Shown piece after piece: positions 46,969-57,485 of a stretch of 64,000 nt of DNA. The first letter of the stretch is position 1, and each line of letters starts with the position of its first letter. The DNA comes from Lepidodermella squamata (taxonomy: Eukaryota; Animalia; Gastrotricha), in contig JBLDXI010000043.1 of the NCBI GenBank assembly GCA_047495785.1, positions 372,001 through 436,000 of the forward strand, in the 5' to 3' direction. The notes under the pieces were generated by a model. The model worked only from the letters and a program-made list of their open reading frames with translations, was not told the origin of the DNA and made no database searches. The position numbers and the translations under genes were made by a program.

Positions 46969-48268
46969 ATGAGAGTGCTAACGGCTTTATTCGGATCGGC
47001 AGCCCTTTTGCTGGCAATCTGCGTGAAAGTAAGCATTGCTGAAGCAAACGCAAGCGAAGTGTTTCTCGACATCGATCCGAACGATATGCGAGATCAGTTT
47101 TTCAAGCTCTGCCCAATAGCTAAAGCAAGCAATCTCCCGGCGGCCTACCACAGGCAAATAAAAAACTTCTCGATACCCATCAAAAGTTACCTACTGTCCA
47201 GTTTACTAAACGTGAACGAAGTTAGCGACGTAGCCATGAGGTTCGCATAGTTTCAACCTTGCAATTTTTTCCAAGTTCTAGAATTTTAGCATGACCGTCG
47301 CAATGATTTTACGGATTTATTGGGATATGCCGTGCGGTAAAGATTTGAGGAGCCAACTTATGCCAGAATATGTGAAATACGACCAGAAAAATCTCGACAG
47401 GATACTGTTTGAAATTCCAACTGACGACCTTTGGTGGCCGGACATGCAACATATCAACGCAATCGGAGAATCTCGACCCATGAGAGCGTAAAAGACTTCT
47501 CCCATCATTAAACATTTTTTCAATTTCAACCCTTACAGTGAGAAAACGATTAAAGTTCGGCCGTTTCAAGTTCCTGGGCCGAAATTCGCCATGTACGCTG
47601 TGAGGTCATTCACGTCAAATTGCTATCGCTTCAAATACACGAAGTTTCCATTCGACTACGCAACCTGTACCTTCGAGTTCGAAAACGAGAACCTTAGCAA
47701 TGAAGTCGATATCGAAATTGCTTCAGTCTCAATCGCCAATAACTACAAGCCCCTTCGCGATGATGACATTTGGGAGTTCGTGAGCTACAATGGATCGGCG
47801 TTCGATGCTGGGGGCTACCTTCATGTTACCCTTAGCCTTACCCTGAAGCGAAAATATCAATACTATGTTGGGAGTGTTTTCATACCGATGTTCACTCTGT
47901 TCATTCTTCAGGTCTCATCGCTGACTTTGGACCCTCGCCACCCCGATCGGCCGAACTTTTGTGTAACCGTTAACCTATCAGTCGCAGTTATGCTGACGCT
48001 TGTGTATTCGCTGATCCCTCGAACTGCGGAGGAGGTGTATCTTATCAACGTTCTAATCAGTTTTATGATGATCTGCGCAATTCTAACGGGTTACGCTCTG
48101 ACTTCGTGCAGCTTGAGCGAGGCGAAGGTGGCACGTCAAATTGTTGGCCAGCGTTTCGTTGTTGGAGGCTTGAGAATTATCAGATTCATGGATGTGGTCG
48201 TTGGCTTGCTTTCGCTGATAACCGGTCTAACAGTTTGCGCTTATTACGGCTCGAAAATGCTGTCGTAG
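46969..48268 (+). CDS. Divergent Cys-loop ligand-gated ion channel subunit 2. Exons 46969-47240, 47290-47487, 47539-48268
   Basis: Signal peptide, LWWPDMQHIN, C...KFPFDYATC, LKRKYQYY and four TM helices; both GT-AG introns splice in frame. Confidence 0.9.
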
Positions 48269-48359
48269 AGTCTTAGAACGACATAAGCTGGATATCTCGT
48301 ATAAGTCTGGATAACAGTATTCTCGTAGCAAATGCTAGCCATCTTTTATTTATTCAAAT

Positions 48360-48542
48360 CAGAGTTGGAAAACATGCAAAACCGCGTGCCTGGCCCACAG
48401 GAAATTTTTGAGAAATATGGGAAACTTAGGAAATTTTCGTTCGCAAAAGTTGCAAAAGTTGCATAATTTTGCTAGGAGTCATTTTTGGCTAGTATATGTT
48501 GAAAATTGGTCCGCAGGAAATAGCGCATGTTTTCCAGCTCTG
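48360..48542. mobile_element. 183-bp hAT-type MITE
   Basis: TIR CAGAG(T/C)TGGAAAACATGC and a perfect 8-bp TSD ATTCAAAT at 48352-48359 / 48543-48550. Confidence 0.9.
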
Positions 48543-48616
48543 ATTCAAATTATAGGTCACTACATATTGTGAAGATTTCAGTAATCCCTTCATCTGGTTT
48601 GCACATTTCAGTTTAC

Positions 48617-51062
48617 CTATTCGCTACTTCTCGCGTCTCTTTTACGAAATAAGGGAAGAAGCCAAGTGGAGCTCGTCGAACTTGATAGAATCAGCGCTGC
48701 AAAAGCTATTGTAATGAATCTCGAAACTTGGCTCCTCAGAGCTATTAAAACCAGAAACGAAGCCAAGGTGATAGAAGTGGCATTGATCACTGAAATGCTG
48801 ATAAGATTCAGCTCGGGAACTTCTAGCTTCGAAGAAATCAGGCGAAGTCTCAGCACAGCTAGTATGCCAGCCACTAGCATTGCCAAGTGAAATCCGAACA
48901 GGCCAAACATCCATTTCGAATCATGTTCACCAGTATTGCAAGCCGTATGAAAAGTATTGATGACTAAGTCTTCCGCCTCAACTATCTTCTGTGCTATCTT
49001 CACCAAGTCGCAGTAACCATTTGAGCCTCCAAACCAAACAGCTAGAAAGATTGAATTCAGCACTGTTGTCACAAGTATAAAAAATACGCAGGATTTGTCG
49101 ATTGCCGAGATTTTCCTGAAGAAAAATTTCGATCGAAATTGATTTGACATCGTTCGGCGAGATGGTGGGTCCTCGGCTTGATAATACGCTCTGTTCCTCG
49201 CTGTGAACGTGTTAGTTCTGGAATATGATGACAATGGGATACTAACTGAAGCTATCGCGCTTGATTTGAATGACTTCAACGCTAGTATGATCGCTCGAGT
49301 AGAGACTGAGCTGAAAATCAGAGATAAGCCCACAACCAACAGGATAATACGAATCTTCCATAGCATTACGGAGTACATCGATGTTTTAATCGAAAAAGAG
49401 ATGCCAGCGGCATTGGTGATCAAACAACCGACGATCCCAGCCGATTTTACCCGGCCAAAAGATGAATCATCCTCTTTTATCATTTGAAGCCTTACAATGC
49501 CAGAAATCTGTACGAAACTGATTATGGACCCAAGTATTGCCACTAGGTACAACACTGAAACAGGGATTTCTTCGATTTCCGAAAAGACCTGAATTCTATC
49601 CCTAGGCGGTTGGCCATCTTCTGTGTGCCAAGAAGGTTCTCGATTCTTTTGCAGCCAGTAGCTTTCCATGGTATAGCCAGATGCATTCGAAAACTGATTA
49701 ACCGTGAAAAGAGACTGAAGTTTAGCTTCAGGTGACCAGTAACTAATAGTTTGAACATCAGCATCAACTTCGCCTTTGGAATTGTATTTAAAGCTTCCCA
49801 TTCTAAGGCCTGTATACTCAATTGTTGTCGCAGTTAGATTCACTATTTCGCTGATCAATTTAGAATGGCTTTTCATGTCTCTCAGCGATAGGTTGGCTTT
49901 TCGAAGTTTCGTCTCAGTTTGGTTGAGGATTAGAAGACCCTGTAACATGGTGTCGTAGCATAAGAATCGCCATTCGTAGTCGTAAGTTCGCTGTGAGTAA
50001 TTAGAGTATCGATCGTAGATTTTGTCAAACTCAACGGACGTGTGGCCGACTGCAGTCATAACATTGACATCAGGTGCAGACATCACCGGCGCAATCCAAT
50101 AAGAAAACTGGAAAATAGCGAAAAAATCACGTTACTCGCTTAAATTAGCTGCAAATTTTTTCATGACTAAGCTCTACAACTCAGGTCAAAAACTTCGAAC
50201 TCACCTTAAGCTGTTGTAGGAACGTTTGTTTCGAGCAACCAGGAAGGATTTGGTCACCCATAGTCAAAGGATCCGCAAACGTGCTTCCAATCATTATGAA
50301 AACATATCTCGGCCCAGTTAGTCCGAATTTGTAAGCTTGGCACAGGAACCTGAATACCAGCCTCGCGAGAGAGGTTACAACAGACACAATCCTAACGTCA
50401 GTCTGCTGTAACGCTAAGATGTACTCATCATCCATATCCATGACAATGTCGAAATACCCGATAGAGAGATTCGCAGAGTAAAGGGCGAGATTTTGTAAGA
50501 TTGCAGCTGTTGTATAGTCGTAGACCGAGCTTGGATTGGTTATGATACCGAATCTTTGCCATCCACCGATTTTTTGAACGAACATAACCTGAGCCGTGGT
50601 CAAGACGCGGCTAGTCGATCTCATAAGATACAAATTCGGATATTTTGTTCGGTCGCTGAGAAACGGAACGGAACAGCCAGTTGAAAGGCCGACTGAGTTG
50701 ATGTGGTGAAGAAATGGCCCCATGGCCTTACATCCGCCTGAAAAAATTGGACCTACTATGATTGGAGATTGAACTGCGTCTTTGTTTTCGAAGCTTCTGC
50801 TAAATTCAGCAGCTTTCCGTGCCGATTGAGACCCGGCAGCTTCATCTTCGTGTTGAATCTCGATGTGGTAGTCTGATAGGAAATCTGAATGGCTATTAGC
50901 TGCATCGACAGCGATTTCCGCGCCGAGATAGCAACCGAGACCGGTAGAGGGCGGATTACCAGTTATCGCATTCAGCATTAAAACTGATAATGTGGTTATA
51001 TTTTGCGTCAAAACTTGATTGACAGAATGCAGCAATAAGAGCGCGGTAATTGCAGCACACAT
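48617..51062 (-). CDS. GABA-B-like class C GPCR paralog 2. Exons 51062-50205, 50107-48617
   Basis: Same motifs and intron position as paralog 1; likely start MCAAI at 51062. Confidence 0.9.
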
Positions 51063-52297
51063 TTTCTGAGAAGAACTCTTTTCTTCAATGATTGCGAAGC
51101 TCTTAAAACTTTGATTCATTATCGAACAAACCTAGCCTAATGGAGAGAAATGATTAGCCAGATTAGATATCTCAAGTTGACTTTTGAAATGAGACATTCA
51201 TGAGATGATACGCTATCACAAATAGCTCTCTAAATTGAACTCGATGACGGACCAATTGGTCTCGAATGTCTTGGGCATATTTTTTAGAATTTCAAAGCTC
51301 ACATGAACTTTTATTCTTTCGAAGACCTGTTCTCCATGACTGTATGAGCAGGTCAAAAGTCAAAACACTCATCTGAAGAACCCGGTACATAGCACGAACA
51401 GAAAGAAGCGGCTTCTTTTCTTTTGTGTACGCTGCGCCCACTGACATATCTCGTCAAAACTGCGCCCAGGAAAATTCGCCAACAAGTTTTCGTCATACTC
51501 CGTCGAGTAGACACGCAGTCGCCTTGAGGTAGGGAAGCCGCCTGCCCGTAAAGAACTAACCAAGAGGTTCCAATATCGATTCTTATCCCGGACCAACTGC
51601 AAGCAACTGCAACTTTCCCAGCCGGACCAACTGCAAAATCGAACCGCTCGACAACCACTCCCGAACTTGCGAACAGAAGCCAACCGAACGTGCTCTTCCG
51701 GGAGCTTATATATCACTCAATACATCACGCGGAAGCGGCGCAGGGCACAAGCAGGGCACAAAAGCTGCCTAATACCCAATAAATACATTCGTGCCAGGTT
51801 TCCAGGATTTCAAACTGCCCACCCTCAAATAGTAGCCAATTTCTGCAAATTTTAGGGTCACCCAAATCGTTAGAAGCCCGGGTTTCAATTTGAGGCGATA
51901 CGGTATTCTCCAGATACAACGTTACCATTTTAGCCTTGGGCCATATTGTACCTGCGACGAAAATGTAGCAATGTATAGGCGTGCAGAAGAAAATCTCGAG
52001 GCCAGCTTTTTCCTTCTGAAAAATATCCTTTATTTAATATATTTTTTTGTGAAGCAACGATTGATATTACTATTCCAGCAAAAAGCAACAACAGCTTTAC
52101 TATCATTCAGTGCTGCATTACATGGCCTCGTGCACGACTCGTGACACAATTGAAAGGCTATATTTGGGTTTAGGCTCATGTTATTTGGCGGACATACTGT
52201 ACATCAAATGTCCTTCACATTGTGCTTGAATACTCGAAAGTTAACAATAATAATTCATATGGGATGATAGCGAGCGGCGAATATTCCATTTGTTTCT

Positions 52298-54166
52298 TCA
52301 ACCTGAAGGAATGAACGATTGAATCAAATCCCGCATTTCAGTTGTGCCAGCGTCATCCAAGGGTGTGTTATTATTGCTGTTCTTCACTGTGGGGCTAGCG
52401 CCGTTTTTCAGCAGCACCCTAGCAGCTTCCACGTTCTTGTAAAACGCCGCCAGATGCAACGGCGTGTTGCTATATTGGTCTTCTTTCAAATTGACATCTG
52501 CGCCTCGGCTGATGAACAGGCTGACAATCGTCGCTCGTTCAGCTGACATGTCAGTGCCCTGGCAGACACGATGCAACAACGCGCCGTTTTGCACGGCACC
52601 GTACAGAGCAGGATCGCGTTTATTCGGATCGAAGCTTCCGCCGGTCGCCGAGTCAATCGCCTCGACTAGTTGCCGCACTTTGCTAACGTCCGCATCAAAA
52701 CTCGCCTGTCCAAGCAGTGTGTACAGTTCATCCGTCGGGATTTTTGTCTGAAATGTGCAAGAAACAATGAATAAGATCATATAAAGGTATCCCCAGAGCC
52801 TCAATGTAGAAGTTTTAGGGACCAGGAATCTGCTTCTTTATTCAGCAGTATCATGCAACCATATACAAGTTGTGTTTGGGGAAAAATGTGCTGCTTACCG
52901 CTGAAACGAAACAGTGATTGATTGATGAGAAAAATTAAGCAATCGAAGCTTACTGCATAAATCGTCCCTCCAACCTGCCTTGCACTGGCATGCTGTTTTC
53001 GATTCTCCACAAGTGCCGCCATTTTGACAATTCAGGCTGCAACTCTCTGTAGGCAAATCGACCAGAATTGAATCAGAAAAATGTAAACTTTTGCATCGAT
53101 CAACGATCAACGAGAAATTTAATATTGTCAAGTGAAATTTAATTTTCATCCCGTTACATCACCTGAATACCGCTATTTTTCGTTTCATCTTAAACTGACG
53201 TAGGAAGCTTATACTTACGATCTGTTCAAAGATCAATGACACTCATACCCAGCTGGGATCATAAAATCATTGAAAGAATCTTGCGAGATAGCTAGGAATT
53301 TATTGGAGATTCGAAACAACCTCAGTTATAAATTTTGTGAACCCCCAAATTAAATTGGGTTTAATCCCGAAGGAATTCTCAAGTTTAAAAGATATATTAT
53401 CAATAAACTAACTGCAATCGGTACCGCTCCATGCGTTAAGGCAGGTGCATATTCCCCAGGGACCGCATGTTCCGCCATTTGCACACGTGCACGCTATTAT
53501 GATGAAAGCGTTGAATACAAAGCAAAGTCTAGTCGGAAATACCACCAAGAAACTCACTGTCGCAAGTTGGTCCAGAGTATGCGTTGAAGCAAGTGCAAAT
53601 TTTCGGACCTGAGCAGAATCCACCGTTGTTACACGGGTTCGGCAAACAAGCAGCTGTGATATCAACCCGTGATAACTTTCGACTGGGAGAGCGATGAGTG
53701 GCTTACATGTGTTGCAATTCTGCCCAGTCCATCCCGGAAAACAGTAGCACTTGTTCAGGCCGATGCACGTTCCACCGTTTTGGCACCACTGATCGCTGCA
53801 GTTGATAATAACTAGCACAGGCAGGATGTTCCTTCTTCTTGTCACCTCTAAACAATTTAATCGCTTACACTTATCGCACAGCGTACCGTTGTAACCAGAT
53901 GGGCATCGGCACGTACCGGCCGCTGAGTCGTATGTGCCTCCATTTAGGCACGTCTTCACCTTCAAGTAACATGAAAATCTCAGGTTTTCTTCTGATAGCT
54001 ACATAAGACGAGTCATAACGAGACTCACCGTTGCAGTTTCTTTCACAGTTGATGGGCTACATCCATCGCTTTCGATGATCGAAACTAAATTATTAGCGAA
54101 AGTAAAATACGGTTACTTGAAAGAATGTCGCAATTTGCCTGTAACGAGAAAAAGCTGCAGGATCAT
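52298..54166 (-). CDS. Predicted secreted protein with 5 EGF-like repeats and a C-terminal ankyrin domain. Exons 54166-54139, 54084-54029, 53959-53869, 53811-53707, 53653-53558, 53493-53413, 53046-52954, 52900-52899, 52747-52298
   Basis: One EGF module (CxNGG...CxC..G..G..C) per exon, separated by phase-1 introns; ankyrin motifs GADVN and NTPLHLAA. The EGF-ANK link depends on a 2-nt micro-exon. Confidence 0.65.
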
Positions 54167-54881
54167 AATTAGCTGAAATTGACAGGCTTGATGATAAATA
54201 AAAAGCTGTGGGCAAGAGTTTGAGCTTTGAAAATTGTTGAGGGTTGCGTCGCCAGAAACCTATTATAATTAATATGTCGCATGCAATTGTACCCCTCATC
54301 ACGTGGCTCATCCAGCCCGCGTTGTATCGTGGCCACTTTTATTTGCACGCTTCATATTAAATATCTTGCACGAATGCGGAGAAGTTAGTTAACTCATCCA
54401 CGAACGACGAAAGTAAATTAAAGCAATAAAGTAAATTAAAGTGGACGAAAGAAAAAAGTTTCTCTTTTCCAGAAACGTCCTTTCCTTCTATTAACATTTC
54501 AGGCGTAGAATGTTGAGATGTTGAGACCAGCAAATATTGATTACTGAAGATTTGGGCCATCTCTCACCTGCCGAATCGCGCTATGCTTCCAGTCCAAAAA
54601 GAAATCTTTTTTAATTCAGTTTTCGGGTAGAGGTAACGCGTCGCAACTTCGCACTATGATGATGCAGTTCACGTGATTACGCTCGGATCTCTGTTTAAAT
54701 TTTAAATCCATCCGATTCAAAGATGATTGGCGATTTATGAAAACTGAAGGAATCACAATCGCTGTTTTATTACAAAATCACAAAATTTGAAGGCAAAAAG
54801 CGATGATTTCAATAGTTTCACCGACGTATAGATTATCCCAATGTCAAATAAATCAATAACTCGGCCGGCACAACTTTTTAA

Positions 54882-57167
54882 CTAGATTGAAGGGAATCCA
54901 CAAGTGCATGTTGTAGCCGTTGCGAGGAAAACATGTCCCGGTGTATCGCACTTGTATGGCAGCCAGGCGTTGCTAACCCAGTCGTGGACGTAAAAGACAT
55001 TCGAAGCGTCAACGCCCGGGGTCGGGCCCTTCCTCCTCTGCCCAGTCGCAGGTTCGAAACACAGAACAGGATCGGGAGATAGTGTTGTAGTAGAAGTTGT
55101 CGTTGCTTGTAACTCATCATCCAAACCTTCGACTTTAGAATCCGCGATTTGAAATAGAGCCAAGCCCCGTCTCCGTTGCGACAGACGAGATTTTCGCCGA
55201 AGTTGGGTTGCATTCGCCTCTTGACTAGCAGTCAACTCACGCAGCTTAACAACTGGGCCGCTTTTCAGCTTGACAGAGGTGATTTTCGACTCTGGGGCCG
55301 ATAGGAACCATGGAGGATGGTTGTAGGTGTTCGATTGGCCGTTCAAAGCGGTGGGTGGTGATAGCGGGTTTTCGATAGCCATCGCTTCAGCCCACGTCAG
55401 GTCGTTACTTTCGTTCGGCGAGCAGGGAGTTGTGATTGGGCAGGCTTGCATTGAAGATGACGGCGTCACGCATGAGCAAGTGCCCGGGAGCAGGGTGCGA
55501 CCGGGTGGGCAGCAATGGAGAAGCGTTTGGCTTGTTTCGGGGTGGCAAGTAGCGAAAGCTCGGCAGTTTCCAGATGACTCAGCCAAGGAAACGCAAACCT
55601 AAGAATAGAAAGCAAGATATTGATATCACTTTGAATTAGTCAGTTCTAAAAATTTGCTAGTTTGGCCTAGTTCGGGCTTGTTTTGGACAGTCCACTGACC
55701 TGGTGAACAGTATTGTTGACGTGAAGCAGCGCCAGGAGATGCTCGGCATCCAGCGTGACTTGATCGCCCTTGGCAGCTTTCGAACTCGCCGCCATCAGAG
55801 CCGCCGCAGCCGCTGCCGAATTGGCCGCCATTCGCTTGGCAATATTGCCAGCCTCCTTCACGGCATCGGACGCTACGCAAAAATTCGGCTGGCACGGTGC
55901 CGATTTCTCATCATGGTCCAAGCACGACGAAGTAACCTCCGAGTAAAATTTGCCACTAGGGCATCGAAGAATCTCCTCCATCAAGTGATCACCGCCAAAA
56001 CCTCGAGACAGCTCGCATTTTGTGTAGTAGGTACAGCTCGGGTACAGGTCGCGGTAGTTTCGCGTGTAATGGTGGCTCTGGAAACGAGACGAAACCAGCG
56101 CGCCTGAGAACGAGAAGGGCAGTGAGTGTTTCGGGGCGAGGCCGTGTTCGTTTTCGATTATGTGTTCCAACATATAGCGACAGTGGCCGGCGTAGTGGCA
56201 AGCACTTTGCAGGACGTTGTCGGCTAGGAGACGGCTATCCTCCAACTTCAAGGTTTCGACACAGAAAACACTCAGCCTTAATGAAAAATAATAATAATGA
56301 ATTCGATTCCAAAATAAATCAAAGCAATTGTTACCTTGAACCGCCGACCAGCGCCTTCAGCCGCTTCGGGTTCGCGCAAACTTGGGCCGGGCAATCCAAG
56401 CAAACAGCCATCCGCCGAATGTGAAGCCCATCATCGGTCGAGTCTTGATAGTCCTCTGGCTTGGACGTTGTCTCTTCATAACTCGCGTCCTCCTCGGTTT
56501 TGCCAGCCTTCTCCGGGTTGTAGTTCAGCACAACAACCACAACGAGAGCCTTCTTCTCAGACTCTTTAGGCGCCTCGGTCGTGGCATCAGTCGAATTTTC
56601 GTCATCAGTCGAAAATCGATGTCGTCGCACCAATTTCCGCGACGTAGCTTCAATGACAGAATCAAAATCTTCATACGTCAAATGGCCACGCTGGGACGAG
56701 GCGTTCTTCAAAGCGATGTCAGCATAAAGCCAGAAATCTTCGACAGCTGCCGACCAAATTTCTTGTTGCTGCTCCAAGTCGACAAATTCGTCCTGATTTT
56801 CAGACGCGAAGTAACGAACAGTGGTGTTTGTGAATTCTGACGAAATTGTAACTTCACCAGCTGCGAGGCGAGAAGCGTCGACCAGTGCGAATAGAGAGCC
56901 GTTTCTGTCGATGAGGTGCTTGCCGAGTTGTTTCATAAACTGCCTCGCTTCAACCATCTGGTTGTCGTTGAGCAGCGACGCCGAATCGACAACGAGGACG
57001 AGGCTTGTTTTCGAGCATTTGATGGCGTCGTTCAGCGGCGGCTCTTCGACGTGTTTCGGGTTGAAAAAGGACAGAAATTTGCTGAAGATCGGCCCGCCGT
57101 AACAATAATTCGGTAGAAAAGAACAGCAGATAATAACAAGAATAGAGAAAACAATTGGGTTATTCAT
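54882..57167 (-). CDS. Secreted protein with a degenerate vWA domain and Cys-rich chitin-binding type-2-like modules. Exons 57167-56335, 56276-55700, 55598-54882
   Basis: Signal peptide; LVLVVDSAS...ARQFMKQL (vWA-like); CTYYTKC...RCPSGKFYSEVTSSC and two related modules; in-frame splicing. Confidence 0.75.
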
Positions 57168-57485
57168 TGCTTTATATTAAGGCTTATTTATGTGTGTATC
57201 ATTGAAATTAAAATGCGAGATTGAATTTTAACGATGGGGTTGATCGCGTGCTTCAAAAATCATGCGGCCAAGTCTTGAAATGTTTGAATGAAACGTAGTA
57301 TTTTCAAACCTTTTGATAAAAATAAAAGTTATAACAATTTGTTCCTTTTTCCTAGTCTGATATGCCAATAAGCAATAAGGTGAAGCCTTGCAACTGGCTC
57401 ATCTTAAAAACCGAGTTCCTTGAATCAAATGATGACCTGATAGCTTAATTTTAAGACAACATTTCAGATTTATTTTTTTGATTTA

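Noticed and set aside
51353-51930. Possible decayed sulfotransferase-like gene
   Set aside because: Only vague motif resemblance across broken frames; needs a profile search.
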